Source: an uncultured Erysipelotrichaceae bacterium (lineage in GTDB: Bacteria > Bacillota_I > Bacilli_A > RF39 > UBA660). Taken from it: a DNA stretch of 61,914 nucleotides. The notes beneath the pieces were generated by a model. The model had not been told where the DNA came from, did no database searches, and saw only the letters and a program-made list of their open reading frames with translations. The stretch lies in the NCBI GenBank assembly GCA_902788975.1, contig CADAMI010000001.1, positions 1 to 61,914 of the forward strand. Direction: 5' to 3'. Position 1 is the first letter of the stretch, and each line of letters opens with the position of its first letter. The position numbers and the translations under genes are program-made. Of this stretch, positions 51,426-60,279 are shown piece after piece.

Positions 51426-52808
51426 TCACCTACCAAATAAATTAAATAACCCATCATTAACTTTTTTGAATTTATCTATACTTAAAGTTTGTCTACTTCT
51501 ATTTAAATAATTAAATCCTAAACTTGTAGCATCTACAATATCATCAAAAAAATCATCAATAGGATTAAATAATCCCATTTCTTTAATAAATTCTTTATTC
51601 CAAGCAGCTTTACGCATCATAAAATTATCAGTTTCTATAGCATTAGCTAATGGTAAAGCTCTACTTTCTTTATTTTGATTACTATAAACCCAAGTAACTG
51701 GATATTTTCTAAAAATCTGATTCCAATGCTGTTTTAAAGCGATTCCAGCCATTCCTGGCTGTTGTTCAATCACTTGCACAACGTCTGGGTCATCATTTCC
51801 CATAACATCAGTTATTTTTCGTTCTACTTCACCAACAGTACCCCTAAATCTAACAAGATTATCAATACATATTTTATTATTAGATAAAAGATACATTAAA
51901 GCACCAACAGTATAATTAGACCTTTTTTCATCTAAAGTATCATAAGTGGCAATATCCCAAGCACGACATTTTCTAACAATACGAATATCTAATTTTTTAT
52001 ATTCTTCTATCATATCTGGTCTAAAGAATGAACCACCTTCTGGAACTGGAGCGTTCATATATAAAGCGTTCCACCAATAATCAGATAATGATTTTTTAAT
52101 TTTAAGATATTGTTCTGTAGTAAATCTTTGTGGGAAAAATGATTCACCTTTTTCATTTAAAGCTGGATAATTTAATACAGTCCATTCATCACCTTCATTT
52201 TCTAATAAATGACCAGTTAAATCATTAATAGACCAACGTGTTTGAACTAAAACTACAGCACCATTAGGTTCTAATCTAGTCAAAGCAGTAGATTCATACC
52301 AATCTATAATTTTATTTCTAATAGTAGAAGATTTAGATTCTTCAGCATTTTTAATAGGGTCATCAATAATAAGTACATCACAACCCCTACCAGTAATAGA
52401 AGAACCTACACCAGAAGCTTTATATCCACCTAAATGATTATCAATTTCAAATTCAGTAGCGTGATGCATTGCTGGGTCTATTTTTACTTCAAATTCTGGG
52501 TGTTCTACAATATTTTCTTTCACTCTTTTACCAAAAGATGCAGCAAATCCACTAGAATAAGTAGCAAATATAATACGATTATCTGGATAATTTGTAAGAT
52601 ACCAAGAAGGAAAAAATGTAGATATAGTTAAAGATTTTCCAGCTCTAGGTGGCATATTTACAATTAATCTATCAATTTCACCTTTAGAAATTTTATTAAG
52701 AGCTTCCATAATTTCAATCAAATGATTAGCATAAATATATTTAGGATAACAATATTTCATATAAGTGGGTAAATGTTTTTTTGCTAACAAAATATTTTTA
52801 TCTATCAT
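51426..52808 (-). CDS. terL: Terminase large subunit
   Basis: MPPRAGKSLT Walker A, VLIIDDP Walker B, VQTRWSINDLTGHL. Confidence 0.9.
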   Translation of the reverse strand: MIDKNILLAKKHLPTYMKYCYPKYIYANHLIEIMEALNKISKGEIDRLIVNMPPRAGKSLTISTFFPSWYLTNYPDNRIIFATYSSGFAASFGKRVKENIVEHPEFEVKIDPAMHHATEFEIDNHLGGYKASGVGSSITGRGCDVLIIDDPIKNAEESKSSTIRNKIIDWYESTALTRLEPNGAVVLVQTRWSINDLTGHLLENEGDEWTVLNYPALNEKGESFFPQRFTTEQYLKIKKSLSDYWWNALYMNAPVPEGGSFFRPDMIEEYKKLDIRIVRKCRAWDIATYDTLDEKRSNYTVGALMYLLSNNKICIDNLVRFRGTVGEVERKITDVMGNDDPDVVQVIEQQPGMAGIALKQHWNQIFRKYPVTWVYSNQNKESRALPLANAIETDNFMMRKAAWNKEFIKEMGLFNPIDDFFDDIVDATSLGFNYLNRSRQTLSIDKFKKVNDGLFNLFGR

Positions 52809-53320
52809 TATTTTTCACCCATTTCTTTATTTTGTTGCTCTATCAACTTTTCAGTTAAAGCTGACCATACATCACCATCAGCATTAATCATTTGAATAAC
52901 TTTAGCTTCTTCTTCAGATAATTCTTTTTCACTATTTTCATACCTTTCATCATTTCTATCAACATTTTCTAAAGTCATATCCAATTGCATCATATTACGA
53001 ACATCAGCTAAATCACGTAAATCCATTCTTAATCTACCTTCTTGTAAAGGTTTAAGAAATTGGTCAGATAACACTTTACGAATTGCTTGTTGATAAACAG
53101 TTCTCATTTTTTCAGATTCTTCAAGTCTTTGCCTTCTCATTAAAGCAAGATTTTGTCTATCTCTTTCTGCTATACGATTTTGCCAATTAAATTCGTGAGA
53201 CCACTTAGCTACAGTTTGTGGAGAATAATCTAAAGTATCAGCTAAACGTGTAAGACTTCTATTTTTACCCATATCATAATAAATTTCAAATGCTTGAGAT
53301 TGATGTGGTTTCTCTTCCAT
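52808..53320 (-). CDS. terS: Terminase small subunit candidate
   Basis: 170 aa. HTH-like LADTLDYSPQTVAKWSHEFNWQNRI. TAATG-coupled to terL. Confidence 0.6.
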   Translation of the reverse strand: MEEKPHQSQAFEIYYDMGKNRSLTRLADTLDYSPQTVAKWSHEFNWQNRIAERDRQNLALMRRQRLEESEKMRTVYQQAIRKVLSDQFLKPLQEGRLRMDLRDLADVRNMMQLDMTLENVDRNDERYENSEKELSEEEAKVIQMINADGDVWSALTEKLIEQQNKEMGEK

Positions 53321-53981
53321 TTAAATCACCCCTTTTATTATGAACAGATTTAAAATCTAAATTCAAAATTCTATCCATTCTTAAACATATTCTCCAATTA
53401 TCATAATTTAATATTTTTTCAAGATATGGATTAAAATCCAATTCATCAAATTCTAAAAACAACCATAAATCATAATCTGAAAAATTATCAACCAAATAAT
53501 CAATATCTTTCATATTTTTAATAGTACACGTAAAAATACATTTATCAAATTTAGATTTATACCAATCCATATCATCTCTTTTAGTATAAGGTGTACCAGC
53601 ACTAAAAGTTTTAATGTTAAAAATTATAGTATCACATAATTCTAAATCTTTAGAATATTTTTTACCATTGGTTTCAATAATAACATTATAATTAGCATTA
53701 TTTAATATATTTATTAACTCTGAAAAATCTTGAATTGTTGGTTCTCCACTACCACCAATAATTATATTTTTATAATTAAATTCAGATATAATAAATAATA
53801 ATTCATTAATACCATATGTTATATACCTAGTACTATCATAAATATCATTCTTATGAAAATAATTTTGTATACAATAATTACATTTACGATTACAACCATA
53901 AACATCTAAATATAATGCTGGTTTACCTATTTTATTACCACAATAACATAAACCTATATATATACCTTTTAATTTATACAT
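53286..53981 (-). CDS. Radical SAM enzyme of the NrdG/QueE type (likely NrdD activase)
   Basis: GCNRKCNYC (CxxxCxxC), IIIGGSGEPT, IIETNG. Start ATG 53981 behind GGTG. Confidence 0.6.
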   Translation of the reverse strand: MYKLKGIYIGLCYCGNKIGKPALYLDVYGCNRKCNYCIQNYFHKNDIYDSTRYITYGINELLFIISEFNYKNIIIGGSGEPTIQDFSELINILNNANYNVIIETNGKKYSKDLELCDTIIFNIKTFSAGTPYTKRDDMDWYKSKFDKCIFTCTIKNMKDIDYLVDNFSDYDLWLFLEFDELDFNPYLEKILNYDNWRICLRMDRILNLDFKSVHNKRGDLNGRETTSISSI

Positions 53982-53992
53982 TATTAACACCG

Positions 53993-54859
53993 TTATTTTT
54001 TCCACCTACCATCAATAATCTTAGGAATCATATATTTATAGATAAACATTTGATTAATTTTACCATTTTTAGTAAATATTTTATATGATGATGGGTCACC
54101 CATAAGATTATATAAATAATATATTAATATATCTGTAAAATAATTGATATTAATTTCATCATTTCCAGAACCATCTAATTCTTTATCTTTTTTATCATAA
54201 TACCATTTATGTACATTTTTTATATAATTTAATGTGTATGTAATATTACCTTGTCTATAATTATTCATAAAAGTTATTGTATCATTACATATAGTACCTT
54301 TAAAATTTATATATTTATTTACATCACATAACCAACCATTATAATTTAAATAATTGAAAAATTTATTAGAAAAAAAATCAGTATTACCTATAGTAGTATT
54401 TTGTACAGATGTAAAACTTAAACAATTAATTTTATCATTACAATTCATAAAATCAATTGACATTTCAAAAATATCATCTATATTTTTTAAAGGTTTAAAT
54501 AATACTTTATTTTTTATTCTTTTTTTATAATAATAACCTTCAAAATCATCTTCAGCTATATAAAAATATTTATATCCTAACTTTTTAGCAAAATAAAAAA
54601 CAACAGATAAACTATTTAAATTAGTATTTAATATGTGAAAATTATCACAACTATCATAATATTTACTTTGTTCTTTTTTATTATATAATAGTAATTTTTC
54701 TTTAGGTATTTTTTTCTTATATTCTTCTAATTCTGGGTCATTATCTTCCACTATAACATACCAATCACCAGTATACCCAGCATTTAATAGACTAGTAATA
54801 GTTATTATATTATTTGACTTTTTATATGATGTTATAAATACTGCGAAATCATCTCTCAT
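53993..54859 (-). CDS. GT-A-like glycosyltransferase paralogue 1 (tentative)
   Basis: MRDDFAVFITSYKK...GDWYVIVEDNDPELEEYKKKIPKEKLLLYNKKE...IAEDDF; ends IIDGRWKK. Confidence 0.4.
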   Translation of the reverse strand: MRDDFAVFITSYKKSNNIITITSLLNAGYTGDWYVIVEDNDPELEEYKKKIPKEKLLLYNKKEQSKYYDSCDNFHILNTNLNSLSVVFYFAKKLGYKYFYIAEDDFEGYYYKKRIKNKVLFKPLKNIDDIFEMSIDFMNCNDKINCLSFTSVQNTTIGNTDFFSNKFFNYLNYNGWLCDVNKYINFKGTICNDTITFMNNYRQGNITYTLNYIKNVHKWYYDKKDKELDGSGNDEININYFTDILIYYLYNLMGDPSSYKIFTKNGKINQMFIYKYMIPKIIDGRWKK

Positions 54860-55740
54860 TTTTTCCACCTACCATCAATAATTTTAGGATAAATATTTTC
54901 ATAATCTTTATTATAATGAAAACCATAAGTATTTTTGTTATTATAAATTATTTTAATAATACTATTAGGTCTACACATTAATAATGTCATTAATTCTAAA
55001 AATTTAGTATTAGTAAAAGTATTATATAATTCACTATTACCACCATCATTTCTATTTTTACTAAGTACAAATTTTTTACCTTTATAAAATAAAAAAGGTA
55101 AACTAATAACATATTTACCATATAAACCATTTAAATATTCAGTATTTACTTCTTCTTCAAATATACTATAGAATGGATAAGGTTTATCAACTTTCATTAA
55201 ATAAATAGATAACATTTTATTTACATACCCATCAATAAATATATTATCTGTAACACCACCAAATAAACCCATTTCATTACAAAAACTAACATTTGAATAA
55301 TGTGTATCATTTAAAAAATCTAAATGATATTCTAAACCATCATTAAATTGTATATCATTTATTTTTTTAGCCAATAATTTATTTTTATATGGTAATCTAA
55401 TAATAAAATTACTTATATCATCATCTATTATACAATAAAAATTTAAATTTAATTCATAAACTAATTCATTTTGTATATAATCTAATGCATATAATTTACA
55501 ATTAAAATCTTTTTTATTATAAAAAGTATCATATCCATTATAATGTTCTTTTTTATTAAATATAAATAAATGTTCTTTAGGTATACCATTTTTATATTCT
55601 TCTAATTGTGGGTCATTATCATCAACAACAACATACCATTTACCATCATAATTATATTTTTCTAACATATTTAAAGTATATTTTTTTAATACATCAAATC
55701 TATTATATGAAGGTATAATTATAGCAAAATCATCTCTCAT
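54856..55740 (-). CDS. GT-A-like glycosyltransferase paralogue 2 (tentative)
   Basis: FAIIIPSYNRFDVL...GKWYVVVDDNDPQLEEYKNGIPKEHLFIFNKKE...IIDDDISN; ends IIDGRWKK. Confidence 0.45.
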   Translation of the reverse strand: MRDDFAIIIPSYNRFDVLKKYTLNMLEKYNYDGKWYVVVDDNDPQLEEYKNGIPKEHLFIFNKKEHYNGYDTFYNKKDFNCKLYALDYIQNELVYELNLNFYCIIDDDISNFIIRLPYKNKLLAKKINDIQFNDGLEYHLDFLNDTHYSNVSFCNEMGLFGGVTDNIFIDGYVNKMLSIYLMKVDKPYPFYSIFEEEVNTEYLNGLYGKYVISLPFLFYKGKKFVLSKNRNDGGNSELYNTFTNTKFLELMTLLMCRPNSIIKIIYNNKNTYGFHYNKDYENIYPKIIDGRWKK

Positions 55741-56660
55741 TTTTTCCACCTCTCATCAATAATCATAGGAACACAATTATTCCATTTTACATTATGATGT
55801 ATTCTTAAATGATTTTGACCCATAGGTACAATATCAATACAAGATGGCATTATCATTTTTGAATAAAATGATTTTAAATATGTACCATTATTTATATAAA
55901 TTTCACTCATACCACCTTTGTTTAATTGAGTTTGCTCTTGTCTAAAAAATAATCTACCATATGTTAAAAAAACTTTACCTAGACTACCATAATATATATA
56001 AGTATTTACATCTTCATTAATATGTCCGATAAAATCTAAATTAGTTTCTTTTTTAGCAAAAAAACTGTTCATACATTTTCTTGAATATCCTTTTATTATC
56101 ATATTTGAATTCATTCCACCAATATAATCACCAGCTTGAGCTAAACAAACAGTATGAATATTACTATTTTCTAAAAATTCAATCATATATTCAATAATTT
56201 TATCTATTTTTTTGGGTGCTGGTTTTTCTCTTAAAATTTCATAATCATCTTTTTTATATGCTAAAGCTATATAATCATCATCTAAAACTAAATAATAATC
56301 ATAATCCATAGTTTTAACTATTTGATTAATAAAATTTCTAGGATACGCTACCACATGTTGAATACCAAAATTATCCATATTGTCAAAAGTAGAACCTATT
56401 TCTTTTTTATTGTATATTAATAATTTATTTTCTGGTATTCTTTTTTTATATTTGTCTAATTGTGGGTCATTATCATCAACAACAACATACCAATCTCCAG
56501 TATATTCATATTTTTTTAATAATTTTAAAGTTTTATTAAATAAAAAATCACATCTATTATAAGACATAATAAAAATAGTAAATTTATATTTACTATTTTC
56601 TTTATTATTCTGGATTTTCATTGTCATCAATCTCTTCACTATAAAAATCTTCTGGTTCAT
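55737..56660 (-). CDS. GT-A-like glycosyltransferase paralogue 3 (tentative)
   Basis: FTIFIMSYNRCDFL...GDWYVVVDDNDPQLDKYKKRIPENKLLIYNKKE...LVLDDDYIAL; ends IIDERWKK. Alternative starts at 56627 and 56621. Confidence 0.45.
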   Translation of the reverse strand: MNQKIFIVKRLMTMKIQNNKENSKYKFTIFIMSYNRCDFLFNKTLKLLKKYEYTGDWYVVVDDNDPQLDKYKKRIPENKLLIYNKKEIGSTFDNMDNFGIQHVVAYPRNFINQIVKTMDYDYYLVLDDDYIALAYKKDDYEILREKPAPKKIDKIIEYMIEFLENSNIHTVCLAQAGDYIGGMNSNMIIKGYSRKCMNSFFAKKETNLDFIGHINEDVNTYIYYGSLGKVFLTYGRLFFRQEQTQLNKGGMSEIYINNGTYLKSFYSKMIMPSCIDIVPMGQNHLRIHHNVKWNNCVPMIIDERWKK

Positions 56661-57480
56661 CTAAACCTAATAAACTACTCATTTTTTCAGATAAAGTAAT
56701 AAATCCATTTTTGATAGCACTATTAACATCTAAAATAATTAACGCAGATTGCTCCATTAATTCTTGCATATCTTTTTCTTGATGTGCATAGTATTCAGCT
56801 ATATTAGCATAATTAAATACTAAATGTCTTTGAGCTGCACGAATTAAAAAATCTTTTTGTTCTTTAGTTATTAATTTTTTATCAAAAGCTACATTTATAT
56901 TACTAATGAGTTCATCAGTTTTATTATGATTACATAATTCATTTATACTAGGTTCTTTACCAGTTATTTCATAAATAGGTGTTTTAATTTCTTTTACGTA
57001 TGTTTCATCATCGTCTATAAATCCATCTTTATCTAAAAAATCAACTTCTTCAACCCCAAACATTGAATCTATTTCAAATTCAGATAAACCAGTAAAATCA
57101 ATTAATGATGGGTCATCAGTCATCAAATCATTAACAACTTCTTCTAATTTATCAATATCCCAATAACCACTAATACGATTTAAAGCAATATTTAAACGTT
57201 TTTCATCATTTTCATCAACGTCTACATAGACTACATCGACTTCTTTAATACCTTTTTTCTTTAAAGCTCTTAATCTATGATGACCACCTACTATAACATT
57301 ATTTCTTTTATTTACTATAATAGGTTCAATATAACCATATCTCTCAATAGAATTTTCAAGATTTTTAAAATCTCTTTCTTCCATAACATTAGGATTATAA
57401 TCTGCATCTATTAAATCTTCTACTTTTACAGTATATAATTTCATTTTACCAGCATTTACATCTTTAATTTTTTTACTCAT
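56605..57480 (-). CDS. ParB/Srx-domain nuclease-like protein
   Basis: IIVNKRNNVIVGGHHRLRALKKKG. Acidic C-terminus. Confidence 0.65.
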   Translation of the reverse strand: MSKKIKDVNAGKMKLYTVKVEDLIDADYNPNVMEERDFKNLENSIERYGYIEPIIVNKRNNVIVGGHHRLRALKKKGIKEVDVVYVDVDENDEKRLNIALNRISGYWDIDKLEEVVNDLMTDDPSLIDFTGLSEFEIDSMFGVEEVDFLDKDGFIDDDETYVKEIKTPIYEITGKEPSINELCNHNKTDELISNINVAFDKKLITKEQKDFLIRAAQRHLVFNYANIAEYYAHQEKDMQELMEQSALIILDVNSAIKNGFITLSEKMSSLLGLDEPEDFYSEEIDDNENPE

Positions 57481-57485
57481 TTTAA

Positions 57486-57677
57486 TCAACCTTTATACCA
57501 TTTATGTTTATTCTTTTCATATCTTAAAAAATATTTAATTTTTTTCAAAATATGTATTTTTTCTTTTATTAATTTTTCATCATTAGGATTCTTTTTCAAT
57601 TCTAAAAGAATATTATGATATTCTTTATATAATTTATTTAAAGGTTTATACCTTTTTACATAATATTCTTTAGACAT
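57486..57677 (-). CDS. Small basic protein
   Basis: 63 aa, K-rich. Confidence 0.5.
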   Translation of the reverse strand: MSKEYYVKRYKPLNKLYKEYHNILLELKKNPNDEKLIKEKIHILKKIKYFLRYEKNKHKWYKG

Positions 57678-58425
57678 TTGAATCTTTAATAATTAATTCA
57701 TCTTCATTAAATATATTAACATTAGTATTTGCATTACACCCTATATTAATTACAGAATAACAACAAGGGTTAGCTTTTAAACCTTGCAATTCAGCATAAC
57801 TACCATCATATTTAAGAAAATGACCAGTCAAAACTAAATTTTTTCTAGTATATCCATTTAAAGTAATATTAGGTAAAGACATAGATTCAGCATAATGACA
57901 ATGACCATATAATACTAAATCAGCGTCAATATGCTGAGTGGCTCTCATAACTTGCCCTAACATTAAATGTAATTGATTACTAGTTTTAGTTCCGTGTTGA
58001 GAATGTATTTTATATTCAATACCATTAATCATAATTTTATGATATAATGTAGGAGAATACTCACATTCTAATTCACTTGCAATTAATTTACTTACATCTA
58101 AATCAAACTCTTTACGTGTCCTTAATTCGTGATTTCCAGGCACAGAACCCTTTATATAGCGTTTTAAAGGTTTTAAATACCCTAAAACCATATCTATCTG
58201 GTCATCAACGCTCATTTTTTGTTCATAAGCACTATTGCCCAGTCTTTTAGTAGCTAAATCTATCAAATCCCCTTGAAGATAAATAATTTTTTCACTTTTA
58301 CTACCTTTAAAACTTCTTAACCAATATTCTAAAAAATCTTCATTAAAAAAAGGACTACCTATATGTATATCCCCTAAAGGATATATCTGTAATTTCTTTC
58401 TAGTCGATAATTTATAATTTAACAT
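57670..58425 (-). CDS. Calcineurin-like metallophosphoesterase
   Basis: PLGDIHIG, LQGDLIDL, PGNHE, HSQHG, LYGHCH. Confidence 0.75.
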   Translation of the reverse strand: MLNYKLSTRKKLQIYPLGDIHIGSPFFNEDFLEYWLRSFKGSKSEKIIYLQGDLIDLATKRLGNSAYEQKMSVDDQIDMVLGYLKPLKRYIKGSVPGNHELRTRKEFDLDVSKLIASELECEYSPTLYHKIMINGIEYKIHSQHGTKTSNQLHLMLGQVMRATQHIDADLVLYGHCHYAESMSLPNITLNGYTRKNLVLTGHFLKYDGSYAELQGLKANPCCYSVINIGCNANTNVNIFNEDELIIKDSNV

Positions 58426-58459
58426 AATAATCACTAGTATAGCTTATTAAAACGTTGAA

Positions 58460-58915
58460 TTATTCATAACATAACCCACAATCTAAACATACAATATTAC
58501 CATCAATAATTTTAAAATTTGTTCCACCACAACTTTCACATACAGCATTTTCCATTTTTCTATTTAAAAAATTAATAGCATCTTTATATGCTATTGTTGG
58601 GTGATTTCTATCTAAATACGGGTTCTTATATATACCCATTCGTTTATAATATCTTCGCATATTTCTAGCAGAACTTTCTTGCCTTTGATATTTAAAACAA
58701 CTTCTAGAACAATATTGATGATTAGGTTTTTTAGGTATAAACACTTTTTTACAATATCTACACTTTTTAGGTAATTTCCAAAATACAATATTATTTCTTT
58801 TTAAATATTTACTTATTGTACTTTTTTTAACCCCATAATGCTTTGCAATATCTTCTAAAGTCATACCCTTTAATCTCATACCTTTTATATGACCAATATT
58901 ATATTTTTGTCTCAT
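58460..58915 (-). CDS. HTH + multi-zinc-ribbon regulator (C-terminal TFIIB-like ribbon)
   Basis: MTLEDIAKHYGVKKSTISKYLKRN; CRYC...CSRSC; CESCGGTNFKIIDGNIVCLDCG. Confidence 0.55.
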   Translation of the reverse strand: MRQKYNIGHIKGMRLKGMTLEDIAKHYGVKKSTISKYLKRNNIVFWKLPKKCRYCKKVFIPKKPNHQYCSRSCFKYQRQESSARNMRRYYKRMGIYKNPYLDRNHPTIAYKDAINFLNRKMENAVCESCGGTNFKIIDGNIVCLDCGLCYE

Positions 58916-59105
58916 TATAATCACTCCGTTTATATATAATTTTAGCCGTATATTGAATACCTTTAGTTAAATCATAAGCAGTTAAAGGTTCTTTTTCTTT
59001 TATATCAATACTAAATATATTTTCTTTATCATTATTAATTAATGTCAATATTTCATCTAATGAACCTATACAAATTAACTCTTTTTTAAAACTAATTGTT
59101 CTCAT
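58899..59105 (-). CDS. Hypothetical protein
   Basis: 68-aa ORF overlapping its neighbours. Confidence 0.5.
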   Translation of the reverse strand: MRTISFKKELICIGSLDEILTLINNDKENIFSIDIKEKEPLTAYDLTKGIQYTAKIIYKRSDYNETKI

Positions 59106-59313
59106 ATTCTATCTCCTTAATTATTTTTTTATATTTAATAGTTTTACTATCATAAAAAGAATTAAATAATAAATTTTTATTATATAATTCCCATATACTA
59201 ATACCTTTAGAGCTAATACAAATTATTTTATTGTCTTTTTTTATAATATCTTTTATACCATAAAAAATTTTTTCTAAAAATAATCTATAACTAAGCTTTT
59301 CAGTAGGATTCAT
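59092..59313 (-). CDS. Hypothetical protein
   Basis: 73-aa ORF overlapping its neighbours. Confidence 0.5.
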   Translation of the reverse strand: MNPTEKLSYRLFLEKIFYGIKDIIKKDNKIICISSKGISIWELYNKNLLFNSFYDSKTIKYKKIIKEIEYENN

Positions 59314-59831
59314 AATTTTATAACCGTCCTTCTACTTATTTTCATTTGAGTTTTTTGGAGTCTTTCAACTTCATACATAGCTTCTTTAGGACTTTTACAT
59401 TGTTTAGTATAATAAGTTTTACCATTAACGGTAACGTGTCCTACATATCTACCATTAGCACGTTTTACCACATTATGATATTCAGTACCTTTATTCATTT
59501 GATTCATTAAAGGTAATACTAATCTTAAATTACATAATCTATTATCTCTACTGTTTCTATTAATATGGTCTACTTCTAAACCTTCTTCAGCAAACATTCC
59601 GTGTAATTTATCAGTACCTTCAACCTTTGTACTATATTTACTAGTTAAACGTATATAAGTATTTTTACCTTTAACGTGTGGTCTCCAATCATATTTTTCA
59701 ACTAAATCTTTATTACCATTACAATACCAAAAACTAAAATCTTTTTTATTATAAGTTCCTTTGTATTTATAATGCTTACATTCATCACATTTTTTACATA
59801 AATATTTCATTTTTACTGTAGTATCACTCAT
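59310..59831 (-). CDS. HNH endonuclease with AP2-like DNA-binding domain (homing-endonuclease type)
   Basis: LEVDHINRNSRDNRLCNLRLV; RANGRYVGHVTVNGKTYYTKQCKSPKEA. N-terminal CKKCDEC. Confidence 0.75.
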   Translation of the reverse strand: MSDTTVKMKYLCKKCDECKHYKYKGTYNKKDFSFWYCNGNKDLVEKYDWRPHVKGKNTYIRLTSKYSTKVEGTDKLHGMFAEEGLEVDHINRNSRDNRLCNLRLVLPLMNQMNKGTEYHNVVKRANGRYVGHVTVNGKTYYTKQCKSPKEAMYEVERLQKTQMKISRRTVIKL

Positions 59832-59868
59832 TTTTACACCTTTTTTACATAATTTATTATATACATCA

Positions 59869-60171
59869 TTATTTTAATAATCTATTATCCCATATTTTTT
59901 TATTTAAATTTCTTTCTTTATTATCAGTATGGTCTGCTACATTTCTAAAAGTAGAAATATAACAAGTAGTTTTATGACATATAGGACAACTGTAATAAGA
60001 TTTATTTCTAATTAAATGTTTAATTATTAAATAAAAATATGGTTTATACATTTCATTACCACAATAAGGACAACGTAATTTATACCATCTTATTATTTTT
60101 CCTTTTTTAATATTCATATTATTTATCAATATATCACCACCATTTTTCTTCAAAATCTTTACAATAAGCAT
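59869..60171 (-). CDS. Small zinc-ribbon protein
   Basis: CPYCG...CPICH. The true start is probably internal (MNIKKGK...). Confidence 0.5.
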   Translation of the reverse strand: MLIVKILKKNGGDILINNMNIKKGKIIRWYKLRCPYCGNEMYKPYFYLIIKHLIRNKSYYSCPICHKTTCYISTFRNVADHTDNKERNLNKKIWDNRLLK

Positions 60172-60279
60172 TAATATTAGTTAAATCAATACGTCTTAAA
60201 ATACAAAATTTTAAATATTCATTTGGCGTATTTCCCATATATTTACATTTTTACAACATTTTTCATTCCACATATCTTA

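Noticed and set aside
53286-53981. QueE and a 7-deazaguanine DNA-modification pathway
   Set aside because: ETNG and GGSGEPT fit QueE as well as NrdG. However, I saw no QueC, QueD, FolE or DpdA/TGT-like ORFs, whereas an nrdD needing an activase is present.
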